DNA of 64,000 bases from Camelus ferus (taxonomy: Eukaryota): positions 33,110,001 to 33,174,000 of the forward strand of contig NC_045697.1 of the NCBI RefSeq assembly GCF_009834535.1, in the 5' to 3' direction. A program made the translations under genes and the position numbers. The notes below the pieces were generated by a model, which did no database searches, was not told where the DNA came from, and saw only the letters and a program-made list of their open reading frames with translations. Of this stretch, positions 1 through 12,928 are shown piece after piece. Each line of letters begins with the position of its first letter. Within the stretch, counting starts at the first letter, position 1.

Positions 1-565
1 TACACTTCAGGATCTCAACAAACACGTATGTGTGTACATACACATGAAGATTGACATAGTGTACATGGTTAAGTATGGTGATTTTTTCACTCTTTATCAT
101 AAATATCTTTCCATTAAGGATATGCTTCTTAATAAGTAGATATATTCAAGACAGTGAATTAAATAAACTTGAATCTTACATCAACCTTTAATCCTTTCTT
201 AGGGATGTTTTACTACAGCATTGAAAAATCAGAGTATTTTAAAATGTTATGGCAGAATGGACTCATTAGATAAAATCTCCATCAGTCATTTGCATTATAG
301 GTTAAAAAACAGGAGGTTATGCCACAACCTCTTCACCTTCAAAGAAGGGAAATCAAGGAGTTTTTCTTCTTTGCTTTTAGTCCTTTTCACATACCAGTAA
401 CTCTGAGTTTAAACAGTTGTTTCCAAAATATTTCACTATTTTAGATTTTAGCATATAAAAGAAGTTCTTCCTTTGCAATTTTGAAAAAAGGTATATTTAA
501 GAGTTGATCACATATTAGCATGGAAAATAAATTAGAGCAACTGTATATTTTTTTAACAGTCATAC

Positions 566-786
566 CTTAGAGTATAAAGAACCCGTCCATCATTCCAAAT
601 GCGAAGAAGACGATTAGGAGTTGTTATCCAATGAGCATCAGATTTTCTTGAGTTTCTGAAGAAAGTGTCCGGAATCCAAATTTTTCCAACCATATTACTG
701 TTAAGCATAAGCACTTTCATGGTACTATTGAATTTTAATCGACTATCAAACCAGGTTTGGGCAAAAATTATATCTATTGTGTATTC
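566..786 (-). CDS. GABRG1: GABRG1 coding exon 4 (221 nt)
   Basis: Acceptor cttag|GAATAC, donor CTAAG|gtatg. Translates [73 protein letters not shown](R), including the Cys-loop receptor WIPDTFF motif. Confidence 0.97.
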
Positions 787-1289
787 CTAAGAGATAAAAA
801 GAAGAGTAATGACAGAATAGTAAAGCCATTATTTTAGACATTTTCTTCAGAAATTTAGATTTTTATATTTTAAAGTTTTAAGTAAACAGCACTTAAGCTC
901 AGTCTTTTTGGAGAAAAAAATGTACACCATTATTTTTACCTTCCTTTTTTATTGTTTACATGAGTCATGTAAATTAAAATCCAAGATTTCTGGTAATTAC
1001 CACTACCCAGTGTGGTTTATATATAGTAAATTGTTTTCAAGATTTTTATAATATGTAGGATATAGTTATTAAATATAAAAGCCAATTATTTTAAGATTAA
1101 CAATTATATTTACTTTCATGACTTAAGTCACATAAAAAATTCAGAAACTACAAAATCAAGATACAAACACTCACCATATTATCTAAAAGCCCTTACCTTG
1201 TCCTTTGTCCAAAAAATTAATTACAATTATTTAGATCCACTGTTTTCAAATGTGTTAAAGCAACCACACTCACACACACACATACATAA

Positions 1290-1420
1290 AGCCCTATTGA
1301 GGACTTATAATATGCCAAGTACTATGTTGCATTTTGTAAGTATCATGTCATTAAATCCTTACTATAACCTGTGAAGTAAGTACTACGATAATCTTTATTC
1401 TCAATGAACACTTATTAATA
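1290..1420 (-). mobile_element. MIR SINE fragment
   Basis: tattgag...tatgccaagtactatgtt...tcattaaatccttactataacctgtgaagtaagtact resembles the reverse MIR 3' part. Confidence 0.6.
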
Positions 1421-2144
1421 GAGACATGAAATAATTCTCCCTATATCATGGAGCAGATGATATAAAAACTGAGGCACTGCAGATTGAATACCAAATTTAC
1501 ATGTATAACAACCATACATAATGGTGGTCAAAGTAAGGCATGCTAAGGGTCATAATCAGAGCAAAGGCTCTGCCCTAATTCAGCAAGTGACTGTCAGCAG
1601 GAAATTGCACGGTCACGAGAGAGTTCTTAGGAGCAGGCGATCAGGTATAACCCATCTTGATATACTAACAGAACGCCTGCCATATTATAAGCATCAAAAT
1701 TTATCTGATGAAATTAATAAGAATGCATAATCAATGCTACTGAGAAAAGAAAATGATTATATATATATGTGTGTGTGAGTGCACAACTTTGATACTAAAA
1801 GGGAAAGAAAAGAGTAAGTTGAAAAACACAAGGTTTTATATGAGTCACTTGTGGTGGGGAGTTTGGTTGCTCACTCTTGATATAATGCTAGCTCTTGTCC
1901 AATTTACCTGGTGGGAAATATTTAATATAATAAGTGGATGTATAATTGGGAGTTTGACTGATGAATGAAATCGTTTTTAAAAAATGGCAGAGAGAATAAT
2001 AATGAAACAAATTAGAAGTCAACTTTTTTATAGGGAAGGTGGATCAAATCCCAGTTTCCAGGAAGGATATTTATAATTTTAGCTTACCTAACTGGAATAC
2101 AGAAAGTAAATTGAGAGAAAACCTCATTTTATCTATTTGTGAGT

Positions 2145-2375
2145 TTTTTAATTGAGTAAATTTAACATGTAACATTGTATAAGTTTAAGTTGTATAGTGT
2201 GTTACTTTGGTATATTTATATATTGTGATATGATTAGTGTTGTAGAAATATTTATCACATTACCTAATTATAGTATTATATTATTGTCTATATTCATTAT
2301 GCTGTACATTAGATCTTTATGGCTTAGTTAATACTCCTTACAAGTTAATACCCTTAAACACTATCATTTTATCTC
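2145..2375 (-). mobile_element. L1 3'-end fragment
   Basis: tttttaattgagtaaatttaacatgtaacattgtataagtttaag...atgctgtacattagatct resembles a reverse L1MA-type 3' UTR. Confidence 0.65.
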
Positions 2376-5300
2376 TTTTGGATGAACAATGTTGTAATTT
2401 GCCAAAGCCATATAGTTATTAGTAATTATTTAAAATCCAACAAAGGCCTAGACATTATGTACTTGAGCATGAGAAGTACACTGTATAAAGGGATTAAAAT
2501 CTATTAAATTTTTATGGATAATTTGTCCATATGATAATGTAATTAGTGATCATTCAATAATCCACCTACATGTTTAACATCTATTGTGTGTCGTTCATTG
2601 TTTTGCATGGATGTGAAGACATGAAGTCCTTGAGCTAAAAAACACTGCATCATGACCCCCTCTTCATGTAGTCTTGGTCGCCATGGGTTGCCAGAGTAAC
2701 TTCAAGAGGGAGACGATTAAAACTTAGTGTGGGATGGCATAGAATCAAATTGTGCTCTAGAAGTTGGGCTGAAAGTACCATTGCAACTACGTAAGCCTTA
2801 TACATTCCAGAGCCACAACCTTGATGATGTACTAATCGTTTGTAACTCAAACTGAGTCATAATGCAAAACATCTCATAATATATAATAATGAAGAATATT
2901 TATTTTATAAGTGCTTAATCATCTTTCTGAGTAATATTAATGGAGTGGTACGTAATATGGGCATGCATTTAGGAGGGCCAGTGGACTCCCATTTATAATA
3001 TCACTGGTTTACCTCCTCCCTGAACCTTGGGGAAAATTCTTAGACATCTTCACAACAGTTATCTGCAATCCCCATTCTGAACTCCTGCTTCTCAGGCTAG
3101 ATGTCTTTTCTTTGGAATAAATTATGGTTTGCCCAAGCAGCTTCTTCAACTGACACAAATAATTAACTATTGAGAGTCTAAAAGTGCACCCTGTGTTAAT
3201 GATATGGTATCTGGTTTTAATAGTAAATACAAATAGAAAGGAGGGTCACCTTCATTCTATGGTAGATCCTAGAAGGAGTATTTAATCTACATTGTATACC
3301 AGAATTACATTGTACTTTTGTAAGGAATCAAACAGCAGACACTGCTTAAGATAAAGGAAGAAGTTTACATACCCACCAGGATTATGGCTTTGCAAAGATG
3401 CAATAGTGGTTGATAGAGGAAATCTAAAGCTACTTCATAGGTATACTGAGTATTCCTAACAGGGCATTAAAGATGGCATTTGAGAACTAACTTGTCTAAG
3501 GATGGGATAGAGCAAGCAGATGTAAATCATCTTAGCAGCGATCTTCTTTAGCATGCCTGTTTATAAAAGTGCTAATCACTGTTGCATGAGTCACGGTTTC
3601 CAAAGTCCCAAACTCTCCCAAGCAGAGATTTTGGGGAAACTGTGAAATTTTTTTCTGCTCACAATTCCCTAAACCTGAATTCAAGAAGGGAAAGATACAG
3701 AGTGTACATCTTGATAATCTATCCTTCCCAAACTTTTTGCAGAGGTTAATATTTCCAAGTGCTTTTAAATTGCTAATCCTTAATAAATGCCTCGTTGAGA
3801 TAAGAAGGTTATTAAAGTTTGTGCCATTTTATATGTAATGGAAAAATCCAATTTTGTTTGCTCATTTGTATTAATGTAATTTTCAGTAAGTGATCAAACT
3901 GTGTCCTTGTACTTCATGTTCCTATTGAGAGGTTATAATTACCTGCATAATAACTGAGCAAAAGAAACGTGAAAAGGAACTTCCATTCACTCAGAACAAC
4001 AAGAACAATAGCTTCTAGGATAAACATTTCAAGATGAGGAGCAGTGCATTTAATGCTGAAGATCCAATGTACATTATGAAACTAACTTTGTCTCCTTGAA
4101 AGTTAGTCCAGAAAAGAGCATTAGTGAATAAAGGTGAAGAAGTGAGCCATTCTGATTTCTAACTCAATTAATCAAAGCATAATTGATAAAAGTGTGTGTA
4201 GTGTAGTCTTCCTGATTCACTGTCAGCTGTGCAGTTATGTATTTTGTCTAACATTTAAAAGCACTGTATAATTCAGTATTTTTGTCTTAATAATGGAAGA
4301 AACTTCATGCAAAATGCAGACCCAAGTAATTAATGTAAGTACATAATTTTGTCATGAAGTTTGGTTGATCCTGAGCTGGTCTTTCCACCTTGGCATTAAT
4401 CTCTCCCTAAACTATCTATTCACATGGCCAAAATAGTATGGTGGGTCAATGGTTAGCAGTAAATTGGATTCTAAGGCTGTAAATATGTGGAGAAAATGTT
4501 CAAGTGTAGCTAATTCCCAGCCTGAGTAGCTTTAGTGGTAAGAGTTCATAAGATTCTGCCCTTCTTTGCTCAATTATTGTAAAAGCACTAACTTCTTGAT
4601 ACTATCACAACAAGATAAGTAAAAATCTTGGTGTTACTCTATTTTTCAAATGGAAAAAGAAATAAGGAACGAATAGGTTATGTGAGGCACTTAAATCATT
4701 GAAGTCACCAGCAATTCACTGAGAGATAATAAAAAAGTAGACATAAATCCTAGGTTCAATTATCAACCCCATGGGTTCTATTTTTATGCCTCTAAATGTA
4801 GATTGCCAAGGGTACATAACCCCATGTGCACTCATTAATTAACTTTTTAACAAATATTTTCAGTGCTTGAATTACTTCTATATTGTTCTTGATTTACAAA
4901 GATGAAAATGAAGACTTCTTGTTATGAATATATACATGATCAAAATTGGAAATTAATAAAACTTACAGGAGGTGGAGTTAAAGAGAAATAGAAACAGTTG
5001 AGATTATTTTCAGCTATGGGAGGTTAAAAAAGACTTTATGATGGAAGTTGTATTTAAACTGAATTTTAAAGAATATACGAACACTCAGATAATATTGGGG
5101 TCAGTCAATAAATGCTGAGACGGGGAGAAGTACAGAGGTAGTAAATCATAGGGCATGATGAGGAAGAAAAAGAACTCAAGCCACATATAATGAAAAATGC
5201 TGTGAATTTTCTGTCTGTCAGGGAATGTATGTTCCTCAAATACACAGGATATTCCATATCTGGGAGAGTTTTTGACAGCTGTTATTTAAAACTGACCAAT

Positions 5301-7539
5301 CAATTGTAATATATCAACTTGTATGTAAGGTAGATATAGGACTGGGAAGAGGGAATAAAAGAATATAAATATACAAAACCTCCAAAGAACTTTATAGCTA
5401 TACCTTTCAAACACAGCTGAATACTAACATTAAAGAGAGAACTTTATCTCTAAAAAGTAAGTTAATTTTGTGGTCCACTCATTGTTACAAGTCCAAATCT
5501 TAACACAAAAATGCAATCAGAATTTTCTGACATTATCCATATACTACTAGAATAGCATTCTTTGCACTTTATTGAAGTACTGGCTTCTGATGTTTACCTC
5601 GTAGGTTGGATCACATTGTACATATCACAGAGCTGAATGCTTTTACCAGAAAGTCCAAAACCTATCACACAGTTTGCACAGTTTCCATTATAGACATTTG
5701 TCATGATTTCCATTACAGCAAAATATCAAAAGTGGAGGCATTTAACAAGTTTTCTCTCCTTTACATTTTAATTATACTGCAGAGTAATTTATGTTAGTCC
5801 AAATTCATTGGCATTCTAAAATCTGAACTTTTAATACATTATTTAAAGCCTTTGAGCTGAAAAAAGAAACATAAAAGTAACATACTGAATAAGGGATGGG
5901 GCATTGTCTTTAATTGTATATGTAATTTTAAGCAGTTTTCAGACAGTCAACAAAACAAATACTAACACATCAAAAGTGTGTGTTGTAGCAAGAAGTTATG
6001 ATGTAATCTAAAGAACACTGGTTGGACGGAGTCAGGAAATCATGTCATAGTTCCAGTTCTGTGACCAGCACAATGCTGAGCAGGTTCTTTACTTTCTCTC
6101 AGTGGAAAAATGAGGGCACTACACAAGATAATCATTCGGATCTTTCCCTGCTCTAAGACGCGGTGATCATGAGACTATTATTGATCGTGAGGCTGTTACA
6201 AAATAATAGAAATGAACTTTTTAAGAAACGTTCTGAGCATAAACAGAAATGAAGGCTAAGATGGGCATGGTGTTGTCCCATGACCCATCCTCATAAAAAT
6301 ACTTCCAATCTATTGGTGTCTTTGTTATTTTCATTTAATCCCACCTAATTCCTGCTAAATTTGTATTTGAAAATGGCTTCAGCCAGTGGCTGCCAAATTG
6401 GTTGATGAGACTCTGAAGAGCATTTTCAAAATTCTGATTCTAGCTCCCCATCCCAGATTACTGAATCAGAGCAATAGGGGAGAAAATTGTACTTTTCTTA
6501 AATACAGTTTGCATTTATAGGATTTTGGAAAATTTTGACCTAAGATCCTATCCCTTTCTTAAGGCATTTATATCTAATGTTTTCTAGGCGTCTGACTTTA
6601 AAAAAATAAAGGTAAGAGAAAAAGAGAGAAGAGAAAGATGCATAGATGAAGAGTTGTACAGAATTCTTCAAACTGAAAAATATAGGCTGTCCTCTCTCTA
6701 AATACAAGCTCTCTATATAAACACTATAGGAGAACATGTGTTGATGAGTGTGTATCTTTAAGAGAAGTTTGGTTTTTAACATTCAACTAATAAATATACC
6801 TCTACAGAATTTTAGAATGTAATCTTCTAAAACGGTAAAAATATTACCCCTCTGAACTTATCTTAGGCCCTGTTAAATTATCACCATATGTGCTGAACTG
6901 TTTTTTCTTAGGTACCCATTGTTTTTCTGTATTTTTATATTAGGAAAGCAATAACATTTGTTACTCTCCTTGCATAAATAAATTTTATATTAAGACGAAA
7001 CAGCCAAAGCTGTTGCCTAATAACTTTGAGTTCATTATTGAAAAACCTTGGGAGGTACTATATAACTTAAATAATTTGATTTTAAAGAGGTAAAGATGTA
7101 GAATCATAAGGTATGTTTGAACCAACTGTAACATTTAACTTCCTATATATGGGGCAAAGGAGCATTCTGGATCAAAGAAGCATAGAGATGAAAATATCAC
7201 TCATTCATTTATAATTTTGTTCTCTGCTGGTGTTGAATCAAAAAATACCTAAATTCTGTATTATTTTAAGATAAAGCTTGTAAGTGAAGTAGACTTTAGG
7301 GTACCCACTCTAAAAATAAATGTTAACATAATATGCAAAAGAAAAGAAATTAAAATTATGGTAGCAAGCTTTAAAATATTGTACAGACCAAACAAATAAA
7401 CTTAATGCATTTGCTGTTTCATAATTCCTGGCAAGGAGTGACTGTTTCCTATTAATACAGTAAAATGAAAAGAACAAAGGTTACTATGATATATAGAAGC
7501 TGTGCTTAGGGCTTTATTTCCTTAAATCTGGAAGCAGGA

Positions 7540-7650
7540 GGAACAAAAATGAGAGGGTAGGATGGAGAGGAGTGGCGGGGTGGGGGGGAGAAGGAGAGAG
7601 AGACAGAGAGAAAGGCAGAGAGATGCAGAGACAGAGAGCAATGGAAAGAT
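7540..7650 (+). repeat. Polypurine GA/G-rich low-complexity tract
   Basis: gagagggtaggatggagaggagtggcggggtggggggagaaggagagagagacagagag... Confidence 0.8.
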
Positions 7651-10600
7651 GAACGTATTGAACATTAGCTTTGATTGTATGAACCATGTTGAAGAAATGT
7701 GCTCCTTGCAAGAAATTCGTGGAGAAAAACATTTTCTCTGATCATCAGCTTTCTCAATATATTGAGAATATTTAAACACAAGTTATTTGTCTAGGGAGTT
7801 TATTATAGAAAATGAGTTTGATAAACAAGACAAAGTAAAAAAAAAAAGTCTTAAAAGTCAGTTCTCATCATTCTCAGATAGATGATTTAACTCTACGCCC
7901 TCTCCATACGCACACTGGATATTTGACCATTCCCCTTAAATGATGGAAGAAAATGTGGTTATTGGGAAAAATCTCTTATTCCCCTCATTGTATTTCCTTA
8001 AATCCTTTATTATATTTCCATATAGTAATGAATAGTGTTTATAATGTTTGTAGTTCCACCCACATTTTTAAGGATTTTTTTTTCTTCTTTAGGGACTAGT
8101 TGGGTTTTCCTTTTCTGTTAAAAGGAGTCTAAAACGGAGCATTATGGTGAAATATTTCTATACTAGCCTGAGAGAAAACAACTTGTCTTTTGCTAAATTC
8201 ACTTAATCCAACTTGTGTCCTGCTCCCCCCTTGCATCCTCTCCAGCAGGCACTCGGTTCCTTTCTAAGCTGTCCTTCTCATAGCTGGTGCCCTCATTCTT
8301 CAGTCCCGTCTGCATTGCCAAGACCAGTCACAGTTCCACACTAGAAGAATCTAACCCGCTTCGGAACCATGTTCTAGGACATGTGACCTATGCCTCTGGC
8401 AGTTAGAATAATAAAAAGTTAAGTTCTGCAGACATGAATTGGAATCTCATTCTTGAGCAGTTTTTTTATAGCTGTTTCTCTCTCTGGTCTGACACTTTCA
8501 AAGTGCCTATATTGATAATCTCTTAATACTGAACTACAGAAGTGTGCACCAGTTCCTATGAGTAAACCCATGTCCAAATTATGCCTGGAATTTTCAATTA
8601 TAACTGTTTTGTACTTACTCCCCCGTGTTAGATACTCGTAGTATCACTTGGATTCCTAGAGCTTTCATTGATTCTGACTTCATTCAGAGAATTGCTGTAA
8701 CCCTTGAAGGTCGTACTTGCTACCGGAGGATAACTGCAGTTGTTTAATTATCCTGAGACATTTACTCAAAAGAGTGACATGCATAATTTCCTCAAAACCT
8801 AAACAACTAAGAAGTTAAAAAACACTTTAATTCCAGTGTAATAACTTATATTACCATTTCTGCCTTTAGTTTTGATTGTATATTTTTATTCTGTTTACAT
8901 TTAAATAGTTTAGTGCATGCATAGTTGGACAGCCTCTCCTCAAGTTAGCTATTTTTTTAAATCTTCTATATATTATTCATTTTTCATTTAAATTCTCAAA
9001 ATAGAAATTATAGGAACAATCTATTCACTGACTAATTTATGCATTCTTTCAACATGCAATTGTTGAATATCCAATTTTTTGATAGTGATACCAGGATTGA
9101 AGCTATTAATCTAAATTTGGGTTAAAAAAAAAAAGAAAAACATATCCTATTGGAGAATGATACTGTTTTAGGTCTTATCGGTAATATACAGAGATACTAT
9201 TTTATGTAGCCAAGCTTAAAAATAAACAGCTATTTTGCACCAAACCAAATTTTGTCTCATTTAAAAAAATAAAACCATTAAACCTATATATTAATTTTGT
9301 TCCTTACCAGTAACTTAAGTGTATGCGCAGTTAAGAGGGAAAATAACTTTCTTGCTTAATTACACTAAAGTCTGCTTTCTTGATTACACTCACAGTCAAA
9401 ACAACTGTGTTCATTTTATAATAACTGAATTCTAATTTTCCTGCATTGTTGTTAAAGTAGTCTTCTATGTAAATGGTTCCTTAATCCCTAATATGACAGT
9501 GCTTGTTTTAATAAACACTATCAAATATTCCATAGTTTTTTTTTCTTGTATTTGCTTTAGTATCACCAGTTTTAATCATAATTCACTTAATTAGTTTTCC
9601 AAAAAGCTATCACTGTCCAAGGTTACAAGTGTGTAATTGCCCCACTGGGAAAACTCAATCTTTTATACCATGAAACTTTTATGCAGGAAGATCATCTTTA
9701 AAGCCTCCTGATAGCCATTCTTGTCAAAGTATTTCTGGAATGCTAATTCAGTCTTTAATCCTACTTCTCTTTATTTTAATGACCACATTTTTGTTTAATA
9801 AATTCATTTCAATTGAAAACAAATCCCCAAATAAAAAATATACAATCCAGGAAAATTTAGACTTTTATATGCCCAGAGAGGCTTATCTAAGCATTCGTTA
9901 TGAACATTAAAATGAACATTTTAAGATTCTTTTAAAGAGAAAATTAACAATTTAGTAAGGCATTACTTTATGAAATCTCATATTTGCATAATGTTAAATT
10001 AATGCACACAGCTATATAGAATGTTTTATCATTACAAAAACCAAGTGGCTGTATAGAACTTTTGTTTGGGGTAGATATAATACTAAAACACTCTTGGAAA
10101 CTTTCTGTTCCCTTGATTTATCTTCATTTTCTTGCCAACTTTGCTGTTTAATTGACTAGCTAAGCTTCATCTTTCAGGTCCTTAAGTGTATGTGTTCCTC
10201 AAGGTCTGATATTTGTTTCTTTTTCCTTCTCCCTTTACTTTAAGACTTTTGCTGATTCCTCAGGGATTTAGCTACTTCCTGACAAATGTTTGCTCCAGGC
10301 CTTTCTCCTGAGAGTTAGCTTCTATTTTAAGACTCTCAGGTTCAATTTATCCACAGCCAGTTTATATTCATTTGTATAAAGGCAACAAAGATGTCCATTA
10401 ATGGGGTGGCCAAAATGCTGTCAGTACGGTAATCAATATAGGCAGCTGTGAAAGTTAATGACAATCATGTGAACTTCATATTGAGTAAGAGGAAAACTGA
10501 ATATGACTGTAACACTATAGGAATAAGCAGACACAGATAATTGTTAGGTATGTAATGATGGTTATTTAAGTATAAAGTGGTTAAAACCTGTAATAAAGAG

Positions 10601-10679
10601 ATAGTTTGACTGTTGTAATAATCAATAAATGAAATGAGGGAGAAAATCATCAATGTGTTAGAGAATCATCTTTGGATGG

Positions 10680-11045
10680 TGTTATGTTATGAATCGTGTC
10701 TTCCCAAAATTTATATGTTGAAGCTCTAATCTCCAATACCTCAGAATGTGAATGTATTTGGAGATAGAGCCTTTAAAGAGACAATTATGTTAAAATGAGG
10801 TCCTTAGGGTGTACCCAGATCCAATCTGACTACTGATTTTATAAGAAAGGACAAGATTTGGATACACAAAGAGCACGAGGGATGCACTAGAGAGAGCCCA
10901 CGTGACAACATAGTGAGAAGGTGCCATCTGCCTACCATAGAGGAAGGACTAAGAAGAAGGCAAAGTTGCTAACTTCTTGATTTGGACTTCTGTCCTTCAG
11001 AGCTAGTGACATAAATGTCTGTTCTTTGTTATGGCACCTGAGAGA
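10680..11045 (+). mobile_element. MaLR solo LTR (MLT1A/B-like)
   Basis: tgttatg...gaatcgtgtcttcccaaaatttatatgttgaagctctaatctccaatacctcagaatgtgaatgtatttggagatagagcctttaaagag...gtgagaaggtgccatctg...ttggacttc...ttgttatggca. Confidence 0.85.
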
Positions 11046-12260
11046 CAGGTGACAAAATGAAAAGAGACGACCATAACACGTGATTGAATCCTTTGAATGG
11101 GACCCAGTAGTATGACTCACAGAAATGGGATAAGGGTTTGGAACAGTGCATTTCAAACTACTTTAAATAATGACTGTGGGTTATACTGGAGGTGTTAATT
11201 CTATCTTTTAAATAGTAATAAAAACTATTTATGTGTAAGAGATAGAGTATAGATACATACTTTGTCATTTTCCATCCTAAAATACTTTCCCTTGACTTTT
11301 TCTCATAGTCTCTCTCTTGCTCATATTTCTCTTATACCCTCTCTCTTCCCTCTCTACCATCATACTCCTCTCATTCTCCTCTAGGTCAGGTTTCTCAAGC
11401 TAGGAGTTCATAAAATTAACCTGCATTTTAAAATTAACTGGTAAGAATAATCACTTACTCTCCATCATCTTGAAATCAGCACATGATTGCATATCTATCC
11501 CTACACAATGCATATTTCAGGGCTGTGTGACAAGAAGTTGGATATAAGACCAATTCTGAGGATGGAGGAGAGGCATAACGTTTCACAATTCCATTTCATT
11601 TCTACTAACAGAGTTATCTAGTACCATGCAACCAACACCAGTGGGCCCAATTTAATCACTTTATCATTGGAATCTCATGTACATCGACAATTTATTTTTA
11701 GTTCCTTCTTCTTCATCCTCTTATACTCCTGAGATTTTATAATATCATCTTGTCTTTTCCCACGTCTCTGATTCTTCTGTGTCTCCTTTCTGCACTTCTC
11801 TTTCTTCCAGCTGTATTATGTAGGCATTGACCTCATTATACCATCTGATCCTTAGATCTGTGCTCCTCTTAATCTGCATCTCCCTTGGATCTTTTCTTGA
11901 GGATTTAAGCTATAATTTAGGTTGCTTGTCTCTCTTCCCTTCCCAATTTAGTTCTATTTCCCATCCTAACTTCTTTCCTGAACTTAAAATCCAAATCATT
12001 GCTGGACAGTTCCTGAATGTGCCATTAGCATTTGAGGGCACATATGGCTACGTTCCCTATCTCAGAAAATGCCTCCACCATCTGTAAAGTCATCTCCATA
12101 CCTTGGAGTCAGCCTGTGCACAAATAATGAACTAATTGAACCTATTGCCCTGAATTCATTCAGAATCAGTTACCAAAATTTTTCACATATTCATTTTACT
12201 ATTATGATATATACTTCAGAACTCTATGCCTGATAGCTATTTTTAATATTCATTACTCAC

Positions 12261-12328
12261 CATATTTATGGGGTCAACTGGTCCAATGCTGTTTACATAG
12301 ACATCAGTTTCAATTACCGTAGGCCTCA
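12261..12328 (-). CDS. GABRG1: GABRG1 coding exon 3 (68 nt)
   Basis: Acceptor ttttgcag|TGAGGCC, donor AATATG|gtgagt. Encodes (V)RPTVIETDVYVNSIGPVDPINM. Absent from the ORF track; found by reading the minus strand. Confidence 0.96.
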
Positions 12329-12719
12329 CTGCAAAATATCCGTACAAAAAGAGTCAAAGATATAATTAGATGTTGTGTTAAATAAATATTATTTAAATAA
12401 TTCTTAATAATTTTAATATTTTACCATTTCATTTTTAAAACATTTCTCATTATGACATGAAGAAACACAGCCTATTATATAAACACAATAACCTTTTCTG
12501 TTTAAAAATCAATTATGTAACTAAAAATTACCATTTTTGACTAAAAACATTGCAATGTACAGCCTAAAAATGCTTAAACTGTCTAAATTATCCATTAAAA
12601 TTAAGAAAGTTAATGCAATTAAAAATTGCTAGATAATTTGCTCTGCAGTAGTCATAGAATTTTAGGATTTGATGGATTTTAGAGCCTAAATATGTTATAT
12701 AATCTTACTTAGTGCAAAT

Positions 12720-12928
12720 CAGTGGTGCGCCAGTAAATGCTAACAACCTTGCTCTTGGAGACGGAGAAAATAAAGCCTTGATTTGTAGCTTTTGCTGATT
12801 TCAGTGTTGTAAATACTCCCACAGTGACTGATTTAAAGATACCAATGTGAAGTCACTGAATGCAGAGTCGGACAATATATAATAAATGGCTATTGTGAGC
12901 CATTATAAGCCAGTTCCCGCACACACTA
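12720..12928. mobile_element. MER63A-like hAT DNA transposon
   Basis: Degenerate TIRs cagtggtgcgcc...cccgcacacactag; internal gatttgtagc...tgtaaatactcccac...gtcactgaatgcagagt. Confidence 0.75.
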
